From: Candidatus Binatia bacterium | GTDB lineage: Bacteria; Desulfobacterota; Binatia; UBA9968; JAJDTQ01 | DNA: 64,000 nucleotides | Direction of reading: 5' to 3' | Assembly: GCA_963666515.2 (NCBI GenBank) | Contig: OY762897.2 | Coordinates: 4,160,001-4,224,000 of the forward strand | Shown here: piece by piece, positions 48,500-57,958 of the stretch | Numbering within the stretch: position 1 is the first letter of the stretch | How the letters are laid out: each line of letters starts with the position of its first letter | The notes under the pieces: generated by a model | What the model saw: the letters and a program-made list of their open reading frames with translations, nothing else | Database searches by the model: none | What the model was told of the DNA's origin: nothing | Made by a program: the position numbers and the translations under genes

Positions 48500-49368
48500 C
48501 AGGCCACCTCCTTGCCGGTAAGCGCTTGCCAGCATTGTGCCAGCCCGCGCCGTGTCAGGGCGTCCACGATCCAGCCGCGGTACTCGCCGCTGCTCCGCTG
48601 GTCGGTAATGGGGCTCGACTCGGAAGCCGCGCTCGCGCCGGCTTCCTTCACCAAGGCGGCGTCCAGCGCCTTGCCCGAAACCAGCGCCTCGGTCTTGGGC
48701 GCGCGGATGGGCGTGGGCGCCACCGCACCCAGGCCGATGCGCACGTCGTCCAGCGCGCTCTTGTCCGCGTTGGCCGTGGCCATCACCGCCACCCCCACCA
48801 TGGCGATGTCCATAGGGCCGCGCACCGCGTGCTTGAGGTACACGGCATGGCTGCCGTCGGCGGGGAAGGGCACCGAGATGCCGGTCAGCAGGCCCTTGGA
48901 GCCGAGGCTGGTCTGGCCGGGTCCCTTGAAGAACGCGCTGAAGGGCTCGGTGCGGGCGCCGTCGGAGAAGGTCACCTCGGCCTCGGCCTCCAGCACCAGC
49001 AGCGGCGCCAAGGTCTCGCCGGAAGGAGAGGCCCGGCAGATGTTGCCGCCGATGGTGGCGGTGTTGCGGATCTGCAGCGAGGCGAATTGGTACGCCGCCG
49101 ACCAAAGGAGCGGCAGCCGCTCGCGCACGAGGTCGCTCTCCTCCAGCTCGTGGATGGTGGCCAGCGGCCCGATGTGGACGCCGCCGTTCTGCTCGCGGAT
49201 GGCGTTCAGGTCCGGGATGCGCTTGATGTTCACCAGGCACCCCGGCTCGTCCTGGTACTTGATGTCCACCATCACGTCCGTGCCGCCGGCGATGACCTCC
49301 GCCTGCTCGCCGTGCTGGTCCAGCAGCGCCAGCGCCTCGCTCACGGTCTTGGGTTCGAAGTAGTCCAT
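48499..49368 (-). CDS. Xanthine dehydrogenase family FAD-binding subunit
   Basis: IAGGTD, QIRN.ATIGGNI..ASP, PI.D.RSS.EYR. Confidence 0.92.
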   Translation of the reverse strand: MDYFEPKTVSEALALLDQHGEQAEVIAGGTDVMVDIKYQDEPGCLVNIKRIPDLNAIREQNGGVHIGPLATIHELEESDLVRERLPLLWSAAYQFASLQIRNTATIGGNICRASPSGETLAPLLVLEAEAEVTFSDGARTEPFSAFFKGPGQTSLGSKGLLTGISVPFPADGSHAVYLKHAVRGPMDIAMVGVAVMATANADKSALDDVRIGLGAVAPTPIRAPKTEALVSGKALDAALVKEAGASAASESSPITDQRSSGEYRGWIVDALTRRGLAQCWQALTGKEVA

Positions 49369-49756
49369 GGATTCCTGCTCCCGGCTGTGGTGTTCCGATG
49401 CCTTGCGCCCGTGTGTCTGTGGGTTCTCTTAGCTCAGTCACGACACACAAGGCAAGACGCGGGGGATTGGCTCACGATACGCCCGGTTGCGCGTGCTGGC
49501 GCCGGCGCTGGCGGCCAATGAACGGACGGGACACCAAGTCCTCGCGCGGAACGTGCAACGGCGGCAAAATTGCGTCTTGATCCCTGTCATATACACACCA
49601 TAGCGTGGTTAATTTTGACAGGAACGCCGCTTCGGCCATCCACACTCCGCTTAGGCTTTCCCGCAACCCGCGCACGGTGTTATGGTGCGGCGGAAAAGCG
49701 TCCTGGAGACGATGCCTTGCGACGGGCCCATTGGAAGGAGTGAGGGAGGAACGGAC

Positions 49757-50770
49757 ATGGCGAAGGACAGCACCGAGTATCGCGAGCACTGGGGGAGGGA
49801 AGGGTTCGCGGGGACGGGGGTGAACGTCATGCGGACACACCACAGCCCCGACTTCCTTTCGGTGACGGGGCCGCACGTGCCGCACCGGTTGAACGTCGGC
49901 GCGGTGGCCTTGCCGGATAGGGAGGATGCGGAAGCGTTGCCGGTCGCAATCGAGTCGGGGCGCACGGGCGTCCGGCTCAGCGTGTCCGGACGCGCCCACC
50001 CCATGCCCTTCGTGGTGTCCAACGTGGAGGCCGACGAGGTGCACTTCGTGCAGGAAGGGGAGTTGGAGTTCCGCACCGCCTACGGCACGGTCACCGGCGA
50101 GCCGGGCGACTTCGTGGTGATTCCGCGGGGCGTTCCCTATCGCGTCCTGCCGCTTACGGGGCCGAGCCTGTCGGTGATCGTCGAGACCCCCGGCGCGCTC
50201 CGTTTCGACCCCTCGCCGTCCTTCGGCGCCGGGCTCCGGCGCGCGGTGCTCGCCGACGACGAAGCCCGGGACGTGGAGACGGTGTGGCTGCTCAAGTGCT
50301 TCGACGGCGTCACCCGCTACGTCAAGCCCACGAACCCGCTGGCCACCCAGTCCTTCGCCGACGGCCCCAGCCCGGTGTGGAAGCTGAACCTCAGGGACAT
50401 TCCCGTCGATCCCAACGGTCCGCCCGTCCAGTTCATCGCCTCGCCCGGCCGGGATGAGCTGTTCTACAACCTGAGCGCACGCAACCGGCGCCGCCCGCCC
50501 ATCCACAACAACGTCGACTACGACGAGCTGATCTTCTACTTCGAGGGTCCCGGTGCCTGGGGCGGCGTGGACGAGCCCGGCATGTTGACCTGCGTGCCCA
50601 AGGGCGTGATCCACCACGGCCCGTCCGAGGACGTGCCCGAAGGGTACTACGCCTGGATGCTGGAGTCGCGCTGCACCCTGCGCCTCACCGACGCCGGCGC
50701 CGCGTCCGCGGAGCTCATGGAGACCGATCTGTACGGTCGGCATGTAGATAGGAGACAAGATTCCCGCTGA
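49757..50770 (+). CDS. Homogentisate 1,2-dioxygenase-like cupin enzyme
   Basis: N...DE..FV..G....T.YG, GDFVVIPRG, HNNVDYDE..FY, P.G..HHGP. Confidence 0.75.
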   Translation: MAKDSTEYREHWGREGFAGTGVNVMRTHHSPDFLSVTGPHVPHRLNVGAVALPDREDAEALPVAIESGRTGVRLSVSGRAHPMPFVVSNVEADEVHFVQEGELEFRTAYGTVTGEPGDFVVIPRGVPYRVLPLTGPSLSVIVETPGALRFDPSPSFGAGLRRAVLADDEARDVETVWLLKCFDGVTRYVKPTNPLATQSFADGPSPVWKLNLRDIPVDPNGPPVQFIASPGRDELFYNLSARNRRRPPIHNNVDYDELIFYFEGPGAWGGVDEPGMLTCVPKGVIHHGPSEDVPEGYYAWMLESRCTLRLTDAGAASAELMETDLYGRHVDRRQDSR

Positions 50771-50807
50771 CTCGGTTCCTGGAAGGGGAATTATCAGGAG
50801 GACTTTC

Positions 50808-51209
50808 ATGTTGCGTCCGGCCGTATTTCTTGTAGCGTACTTGCTGGTCTTCGCACCTGCTTATGGACATGAGCCGTCTAGCCCCGGAGAAATGCTCAGC
50901 CCACAAGAGGCCCAAAGCGAATTCACGAAGATGGCGACTGTGAAGGCATTGCAAGCCGTGCAAACTACGCTCCTAGTATTTTTCGCCGCTACGAATGGGA
51001 TCGCATTGGGAGACGCCGTGATATCCTTAGCTCGGGAGAAATACCATGAGTCATTCCGAGAACTGCGGGAAAAGGAACTTCGCAAAGCTCGAACGTCACT
51101 CGACAGAGCCCGTGTCGTCGAAATCTATAGGATTCTCCAAACTGCCGGTGACGATTACTTCAACGCCTTGCAAGCCAGTATTGATGCGGGGAGGGGGCTA
51201 GTTCGGTGA
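50808..51209 (+). CDS. Hypothetical protein with signal-peptide-like N-terminus
   Basis: AGGAGG RBS, hydrophobic leader ending AYG, lower GC. Confidence 0.6.
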   Translation: MLRPAVFLVAYLLVFAPAYGHEPSSPGEMLSPQEAQSEFTKMATVKALQAVQTTLLVFFAATNGIALGDAVISLAREKYHESFRELREKELRKARTSLDRARVVEIYRILQTAGDDYFNALQASIDAGRGLVR

Positions 51210-51829
51210 CCCCTCTTTGAGTAAGATTGGTATATAATTCCCTGGAAGGCGGGATACTTACTTACTCGAGGACGTCGCCGCTACAGGTTTCGCCGAGGAG
51301 CAACGGTTTAATCGAGGGCAATGAGTGAGGCGCCCACTTATGGAACCGAAAAATGCTTGAAACCTGTAGATTATGCCAACAACCGGCTGAACTCTGTCGA
51401 TCACATGTGATACCAGAGTGGGGATACGAAGGAGCCTATGACGACAACCACAAATATGTTGCATTTGACGTGTTGAACCAGGAGAAAGGCAAACCTCAGC
51501 AAAAAGGAGAGAGGGAGAATCTGCTTTGCAAGAGGTGCGAAACGGTTTTTAGCGTCTGGGAAAATTATGCGAAAGCCATTTGGCACCAGAAGATAGGCCA
51601 ATGGAAATACCTCGACGGTGGCGGACTGCTGGGAACTAGGCTAGACTATCAGAAATTGAGGCTATTTCTACTTTCTCTCCTTTGGAGATTTGACGTCGCC
51701 ACGGGTGATATCGGGGAAAACGTATGGCTTGGTCCGCACAGCGAAAAAATTAGACAGATGTTGTTGAAAAGAACCGCTCCAAAGCCGACGTTGTATCCTT
51801 GTATGATGATGCGAGTTCTGGAAGATAAA

Positions 51830-53494
51830 CTCGATTGTTGCAAAAACCACGGCTGAATTTAAGAGTCAGGCGCGGGGCGTGAGGGCTGCGAGGGCGTGAC
51901 GCAGTTCTGCTTCGAGATTCGGATTGGTATTCATCGACAGGATGAGCTTGCCGGCGGGGCGAATGATACGTCCGGCTCGTTGAATGAGGGTACGGCGCAG
52001 GGTTCCGATTTCGCGGAAGCACCACAGGGCGGGGCGCTTGGCTGTGGTGGAACGCTCACGGGGGTGGATTCGCATCTGGAGTTCGCGGGTGAGGTTGTGA
52101 GCGAGGATGCTGGCGAACATGTACAACTGGTTCCCGACGCGTGTTTTGACGGGCACGTAGCCCATTTGGCAGTGGGACTTCAACTCGGCGAAGATACCCT
52201 CTTGGGATCCCCGTCCTTCGTGGAAGAGCGCCACGTTGCGTGGGCGGATTCTCTTGTTGGTGACGATGACCTTGAACTCGTACCCATGGGAGACCGGCTT
52301 GAAGAGGTCGAGTTGGATTTCCTCCTTGTCCTGGTATCGGACGGGTTTTCTGATGAAGACGAAGCGATAGCGGGTGTTCCAGGACTTGGGCTTCCAGCGG
52401 GTCTCGAAGTAGCCGAGTCCATTGGCCATGGGCCGCCATCGTTGTCTGCCTTCGATCATCCCCTTCAGTTCGGCCAAGCGCTCGAAGGGCACCGAGACGG
52501 TGAAGGTGACACCCAGGGAGTGAAGCCGGTCGACGATATCCCTGCTGAAGAAGGCGCTGTCCATGCGCACCTCGATCCTGGCCCGGGGCAGGCTTGCGCG
52601 CACGGTGCACACACAGCCCTGGATGAAGGCATCGGCGCCCTTGGAGTCATGGACGTTTCCCGGCCGATGGTGCACGTCGAGCACCTGGTCGGTCTGGGCC
52701 ACGGTGCAAAACAGGGGGTAGTAGCTGCGCGCCCCTTTCTTCTTCTTGTTGAACCCCACCGCGGTGCCCTCGGCGTGGCGCCCGGTGCTCAAGACCGAGC
52801 CGTCGAAGTCCAGGGTGATAGTCGCGAAACCTTCGGCCACCAGGCGCTCGATGACCACCGTTCTCGACTCGGCGCGGACGTTGTCGACGCTGCACGCGTC
52901 GGCACTCTTCAGCGAGCGGCTCACGGTAGACACGTCCGGCAAGCGTTTCAGCCCAAGCAACCGCCGGACCAGTTCATCATCCCGGTAGTACGCCAAGTCT
53001 TGCAACTGTCGGTGTCCGATGATGAGATGCACCACCAGCAGCAGCAACACGACGTGGTGACCGTAGATCGGATTGGCTTTCAGGTGGCGGAAGCACCGCC
53101 CCAGCCGCTCCTTGAGACCCAGGTGGGAAAAGAAGCACTGAAAGAGGATGAGCCCCGAATACGATGTCAGTTTCTGCGGCTCGAATCGAACCTCCATGCC
53201 CAGCGTGGCTTTACCTCGAACCGCGGTTCTGCTAAGTTTCATTTCGTGGTCTCCGTTTCATCGGGTATTGGGATGATACCAACGATGATTATATCAGTTT
53301 CGGAGACCACATCCTTGAGCTCACCTCGTTTTGTTCGAAAAAATGTCGCAACAACCCCCCTCGATTTTATCTCACGGGCGGCTGTGGCTTAGCTTCACAG
53401 ATGGTGAGCCTGAGCTATTTGCCGTATGACACCGGAGAGCCTTTGTAGGACGGCCTGAGCGGGCTCTTCAAGAGGGCGTTTTGCAACTGACGGG
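51830..53494 (-). mobile_element. IS1380-family insertion sequence, copy 1 (1665 bp)
   Basis: Ends CTCGATTGTTGCAAAA and TTTTGCAACTGACGGG; TAAA duplicated at 51826-29 and 53495-98. Confidence 0.92.
51866..53242 (-). CDS. IS1380-family DDE transposase
   Basis: TLDFDGSV, YYPL, RPGN, VRMDSAF, EGIFAELK. Confidence 0.92.
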   Translation of the reverse strand: MKLSRTAVRGKATLGMEVRFEPQKLTSYSGLILFQCFFSHLGLKERLGRCFRHLKANPIYGHHVVLLLLVVHLIIGHRQLQDLAYYRDDELVRRLLGLKRLPDVSTVSRSLKSADACSVDNVRAESRTVVIERLVAEGFATITLDFDGSVLSTGRHAEGTAVGFNKKKKGARSYYPLFCTVAQTDQVLDVHHRPGNVHDSKGADAFIQGCVCTVRASLPRARIEVRMDSAFFSRDIVDRLHSLGVTFTVSVPFERLAELKGMIEGRQRWRPMANGLGYFETRWKPKSWNTRYRFVFIRKPVRYQDKEEIQLDLFKPVSHGYEFKVIVTNKRIRPRNVALFHEGRGSQEGIFAELKSHCQMGYVPVKTRVGNQLYMFASILAHNLTRELQMRIHPRERSTTAKRPALWCFREIGTLRRTLIQRAGRIIRPAGKLILSMNTNPNLEAELRHALAALTPRA

Positions 53495-53943
53495 TAAAGA
53501 ATGGAAGAGGGTTGGATTGAGATGGCCGATCAAGGGACGATGGGATGATCAACGTGCATACTCTGTGGCATTCAGAGGAATCGGATTGCTATATATCGTG
53601 GGGAACAGAAAGCTAAAGCCGGAGCAGCAACGAGGATGCATAAGCGTGGATGGAAATATCGTCATGGGAACTAGCCAAGCTGCTGGATGGTCGGGTGGTT
53701 TGGGTATGCTACGAATTTGTTGGCCGGCAGAAGACATTATTCAGGTGTAAGTGAAGACCCGTCAGTTGCAAAACGCTCTCTTGAAGAGCCCGCTCAGGCC
53801 GTCCTACCAAGGCTCTCCGGCGTCATACGGCAAATAGCTCAGGCTCACCATCTGTGAAGCTAAGCCACAGCCGCCCGTGAGTTAAAATCGAGGGGGGTTG
53901 TTGCGACGTTTTTTTGCGGACAAAACGAGGTGAGCTAAAGGAT

Positions 53944-54008
53944 GTGGTCTCCGAAACTGATATAATCATCGTTGGTATCGTCCCAATACCCGATGAAACG
54001 GAGACCAC
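53944..54008 (+). promoter_or_regulatory. Transposase promoter (extended -10) inside an RBS-sequestering inverted repeat
   Basis: GTGGTCTCCG (53944) / CGGAGACCAC (53999) arms, TGATATAAT at 53958, ATG at 54012; conserved in copy 1. Confidence 0.65.
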
Positions 54009-54011
54009 GAA

Positions 54012-55388
54012 ATGAAACTTAGCAAAACCGCGGTTCGAGGTAAAGCCACGCTGGGCATGGATGTTCGATTCGAGCCGCAGAAACTGACATCCTATTCGGG
54101 GCTCATCCTCTTTCAGCACTTCTTTTCCCACCTGGGCCTCAAGGAGCGGCTGTGGCGGTGCTTCCGCCACCTGAAAGCCAACCCCATCTACGGTCACCAC
54201 GTCGTGTTGCTCCTGCTGGTGGTGCATCTCATCATCGGACACCGACAGTTGCAAGACTTGGCGTACTACCGGGATGATGAACTGGTCCGGCGATTGCTTG
54301 GGCTGAAACGCTTGCCGGACGTGTCTACCGTGAGCCGCTCGCTGAAGAGTGCCGACGGGCGCAGCGTCGACAACGTCCGCGCCGAGTCGAGAACGGTGGT
54401 CATCGAGCGCCTGGTGGCCGAAGGGTTCGCGACTATCACCCTGGACTTCGATGGCTCGGTCTTGAGCACCGGGCGCCACGCCGAGGGCACGGCGGTGGGG
54501 TTCAACAAGAAGAAGAAAGGCGCCCGCAGCTACTACCCCCTGTTTTGCACCATCGCCCAGACTGACCAGGTGCTCGACGTGCACCATCGGCCGGGAAACG
54601 TCCACGACTCCAAGGGCGCCGATGCCTTCATCGAGCGCTGTGTGTGCACCGTGCGCGCGAGCCTGCCCCGGACCAGGATCGAGGTGCGCATGGACAGCGC
54701 CTTCTTCAGCAGGGATATCGTCGAGCGACTTCACTCCCTGGGCGTCACCTTCACCGTCTCGGTGCCCTTCGAGCGCTTGGCCGAACTGAAGGGGATGGTC
54801 CAAGGCAGACGACGATGGCGGCCCATGGCGAATGGAATCGGCTACTTCGAGACCCGCTGGAAGCCCAAGTCCTGGAACACCCGCTATCGCTTCGTCTTCA
54901 TCAGAAAGCCCGTCCGACACCAGAACAAGGACGAAATCCAACTCGACCTCTTCAAGCCCGTCTCCTATGGGTACGAGTTCAAGGTCATCGTCACCAACAA
55001 GAGAATCCGCCCACGCAAGGTCGCTCTCTTCCATGAAGGCCGGGGTTCCCAAGAGGGCATCTTCGCCGAGTTGAAGTCCCACTGCCAAATGGGCTACGTG
55101 CCCGTCAAAACCCGCGTGGGGAACCAGTTGTACATGTTCGCCAGCATCCTCGCTCACAACCTCACCCGCGAACTCCAGATGCGAATCCACCCGCGTGCGC
55201 GTTCGACCACAGCTAAACGCTCCGCCCTGTGGTGCTTCCGCGAAATCGGAACCCTTCGCCGTACCCTCATTCAACGGGCCGGACGCATCATTCGCCCCGC
55301 CGGCAAACTCATCCTGTCGATGAACACCAATCCGAATCTGGAAGCTGAATTCCGTCTTGCTCTCGCTGCCCTCACCCCTGACACGTAA
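54012..55388 (+). CDS. IS1380-family DDE transposase (isoform of copy 1)
   Basis: 458 aa, colinear with 51866..53242 with scattered substitutions. Confidence 0.92.
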   Translation: MKLSKTAVRGKATLGMDVRFEPQKLTSYSGLILFQHFFSHLGLKERLWRCFRHLKANPIYGHHVVLLLLVVHLIIGHRQLQDLAYYRDDELVRRLLGLKRLPDVSTVSRSLKSADGRSVDNVRAESRTVVIERLVAEGFATITLDFDGSVLSTGRHAEGTAVGFNKKKKGARSYYPLFCTIAQTDQVLDVHHRPGNVHDSKGADAFIERCVCTVRASLPRTRIEVRMDSAFFSRDIVERLHSLGVTFTVSVPFERLAELKGMVQGRRRWRPMANGIGYFETRWKPKSWNTRYRFVFIRKPVRHQNKDEIQLDLFKPVSYGYEFKVIVTNKRIRPRKVALFHEGRGSQEGIFAELKSHCQMGYVPVKTRVGNQLYMFASILAHNLTRELQMRIHPRARSTTAKRSALWCFREIGTLRRTLIQRAGRIIRPAGKLILSMNTNPNLEAEFRLALAALTPDT

Positions 55389-55539
55389 GTCACAAATTTA
55401 GCTGTGGTTTTTGCAACAATCGGGAAGACCCACTCTAGGTCTGTCCCCGATTGACCGCGTATGCGATCTCCTTCGCAAGGCTCCCACCGGCGAAGTCGCC
55501 CGTTCTCGAAGCACGAAGACCTGTGCCGGTAGTCCGTTT

Positions 55540-55776
55540 CTACTGATGGTCGGTCGGCCTGCCGAACGACTTGTCGAGCTTTTCGAGAACGCGCAACCCC
55601 TCTTCTACGGAACCACGAGCAGCCAACGCACGGAAGCGCGTCTCCGCATCATGCTGTGCGATGGCGATCGTAGAGAGTTCCTCCACCAGCTTGTTCACGC
55701 TCATGTGCCGACTCTTGGCGATCTCCTTCAGTCGGCCATGGGTATCGTCGGGTAAACGGATGGTCACCGTCGACAT
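55540..55776 (-). CDS. RHH/CopG-type antitoxin
   Basis: STVTIRLPD..H.RLK..A......SVNKL; follows the PIN gene. Confidence 0.85.
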   Translation of the reverse strand: MSTVTIRLPDDTHGRLKEIAKSRHMSVNKLVEELSTIAIAQHDAETRFRALAARGSVEEGLRVLEKLDKSFGRPTDHQ

Positions 55777-55779
55777 CCT

Positions 55780-56199
55780 TCATCCCTCTGTGATCAAGTC
55801 ACTGGGTGTCAGCACACGCAACCCGGGGAACTGCAGTTCCGTGCGAGAAAAATCACGTTGATTGTGGGTGACGATGACCTCGGCTCCTCCGGCCACGGCA
55901 AGCTCGATCAAATGATTGTCCGCTTCGTCCGGCAGATTCGGTCGCCACAGGTAGTACACGCGCACCCAATGGCAACGGCTCGCAAAAGCCGCCCACAAAG
56001 CCTCTCTATCCTCTTCGGTGATCCGTGAATGACCGAAGATGTCCGGTCGAGACAACACGGCTTCGTGTTCAAGAAACAGAGCTTGGCCCATCAACGGGTT
56101 ATATTCGCCTAGCAAGCAACGCCGGACCACTTCCCGGCTGGCACCGTCAGGACTCAACACAGCAGATACCAGCACATTGGTGTCCACGACGAGTCGCAT
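55780..56199 (-). CDS. PIN-domain toxin
   Basis: VVDTNV.VS, D..DNH.IELAV, IVT.N.RDF. Confidence 0.9.
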   Translation of the reverse strand: MRLVVDTNVLVSAVLSPDGASREVVRRCLLGEYNPLMGQALFLEHEAVLSRPDIFGHSRITEEDREALWAAFASRCHWVRVYYLWRPNLPDEADNHLIELAVAGGAEVIVTHNQRDFSRTELQFPGLRVLTPSDLITEG

Positions 56200-56406
56200 T
56201 CTATCTTGCTAGCATATATGCTGTCAACTCGGCAAATTGGACTGCCGTTGAATCCGCCGGTCGAACTGGACTACCCTTGTGGACCGGCTACGGGTCGTTG
56301 GGGGAGGGTTTCTTGCGCACGAGGTTCAGCGCAATCGACGCCTACCGACATCGCGGGCACGTTGTCGGCGGGTCGGGAGTGTGCCAGCAGCAGGGGTAGG
56401 GGTGCG

Positions 56407-57621
56407 GTGCGTTTAGGACGGGATGGCAGCCTGTCTTCCCTGGCCGTCCGTGATTTCCGGCTGCTGTACATCGCGCTCATCGGCACGTCCGTCAGCTACC
56501 AGCTCCAGCGCACCATCGAGCTGTGGCTGGTCTACGAGATCACGGGCTCGCCGCTGCTGACCGGGTTCACGGGCTTGGTGCGCGGTGCGGCCACCATCGT
56601 GTTCGCCTTGGCCGGCGGGGTCGTCGCCGACCGCATCGACCGCCGCCGGTTCGTCATACTGACCGCGTACGTGAACGCGCTGATCACCCTGTCGCTCGGG
56701 GCGTTGGCGCTTACCGGGCTCATCTCGGTGTGGCACCTCTACCTCGCGGCCTTCGTGAACTCCACCCTCACCACCGCGGCGGGGCCGGCGCGCACCGCCA
56801 TGGTGCCCGGCCTCGTGCCGCGGGAGCTGATGGTGAATGCCTTCGCGCAGATCGCGTCGGCGCGAAAGCTCTCACAACTCGTCGGGCCGGCCGCGGGCGG
56901 CCTGCTCATCGCGGTCGCCGGCTCCGGCTGGACCTACGGCGTGGCCTGCCTGATCTACATCGTGGCAATCCCGGTGACGACGTGCATCCGCTACGAGTCC
57001 GGGCCGCTGGACCGCGAGCAGTCCCCGGTGCAGAGCCTGCTGGAAGGGATCGCCTTCATCCGGCGGAACTCCCTCATCGTCGTCCTGCTGGTGACCGAGT
57101 TCGCGGCGGTCTTCTTCGGCAGCTACCGCGCGCTGCTACCCATCTTCGCCGTGGCCATGGGCTTCGGCGCGGGAGGCCTGGGAATCCTCCTGTCCGCGCC
57201 GGCGCTGGGCTCGCTCCTCGGCGTGGCGGTGGTCATGTGGCTGGGGAACATCTCGTACAAGGGCCTGTTCGTCGCCTTCAGCGTCATGGCCTACGCCGGC
57301 TGCCTGTTCGGCCTGGCGTTCTCGCCGTGGTTCCTCAGCTCGGTGGCGATCCTGTTTGTGGTGGGAATCTTCGACGCGTTGCAGGCCGTGGTGCGCCAAG
57401 TGGTAATCCTGGCCCGCACCCCCGACAACCTGAGAGGGCGCGCCGCGAGCTTCCAGCGCATGCTCGGGGTGGGCGCCCCGTCCCTGGGCGAGGCCCACTC
57501 CGGCGCCGTCGCCGCCCTCATCGGCGCCCCCTGGACCCTGATGGTCACCGCCGCCGTCTGCATCGGCCTCACCGCGGGCTTGGTGGTGAAGCGGCCGGAT
57601 CTGCGGGACCGGGATCTGTGA
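56407..57621 (+). CDS. MFS transporter (EntS/DHA3-like)
   Basis: RDFR, GGVVADR.DRR, PAR.AMVP.LV, P..LRGR; start inferred. Confidence 0.87.
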   Translation: MRLGRDGSLSSLAVRDFRLLYIALIGTSVSYQLQRTIELWLVYEITGSPLLTGFTGLVRGAATIVFALAGGVVADRIDRRRFVILTAYVNALITLSLGALALTGLISVWHLYLAAFVNSTLTTAAGPARTAMVPGLVPRELMVNAFAQIASARKLSQLVGPAAGGLLIAVAGSGWTYGVACLIYIVAIPVTTCIRYESGPLDREQSPVQSLLEGIAFIRRNSLIVVLLVTEFAAVFFGSYRALLPIFAVAMGFGAGGLGILLSAPALGSLLGVAVVMWLGNISYKGLFVAFSVMAYAGCLFGLAFSPWFLSSVAILFVVGIFDALQAVVRQVVILARTPDNLRGRAASFQRMLGVGAPSLGEAHSGAVAALIGAPWTLMVTAAVCIGLTAGLVVKRPDLRDRDL

Positions 57622-57958
57622 GGGCGGCTTGTGCGGAGGGGGGGAGGTCGTCGAACTGAAGGAACTTTATCGGGCTGTGGCTCTTCTTCAGGGGTGATCA
57701 GGCCTGGGACTTGTAAGGAGTTGAGTAACAGACTAAGCCAGACAAACTAAAAGAAAACGTCTGATCAATGGCAGTCGTTCGTTTCGAGTTTCGCCGGTTT
57801 GAAACAAACGGCCGAAGACCTGCTCATACTGCGGGAGTTTCCCATCCCTCGTGCCTCTCAGCGAGCGAGACGCAACCCGCTTCGGGTGCCGGGTCGGGAT
57901 GGCCGCGCTCCTCGGTTGGGTTCATGGCCCCTGAAATCAGCGACTGTAAGGAGAGTCC

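Larger units (their letters stand above)
51353..53750 (+). pseudogene. HNH-like/zinc-binding protein interrupted by IS1380
   Basis: CRLC...SHVIPE...LLCKRCE; joining 51353-51829 to 53499-53750 restores one 242-aa frame (...LEDK|EWKR...). Confidence 0.8.
53758..55424 (+). mobile_element. IS1380-family insertion sequence, copy 2 (1667 bp)
   Basis: CCCGTCAGTTGCAAAA...TTTTGCAACAATCGGG; AAGA duplicated at 53754-57 and 55425-28. Confidence 0.92.

Noticed and set aside
51896-55274. Long antisense ORFs in both IS copies (498 and 483 aa)
   Set aside because: In-register antisense frames lack stops when TTA/CTA/TCA codons are rare, and the two copies are not independent evidence.
51830-55424. Composite transposon that captured the central 263 bp
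   Set aside because: Each IS has its own TSD and the central DNA is the in-frame continuation of the interrupted gene.
57768-57958. Possible gene fragment before the GmrSD-like gene
   Set aside because: No recognisable family motif in any frame.
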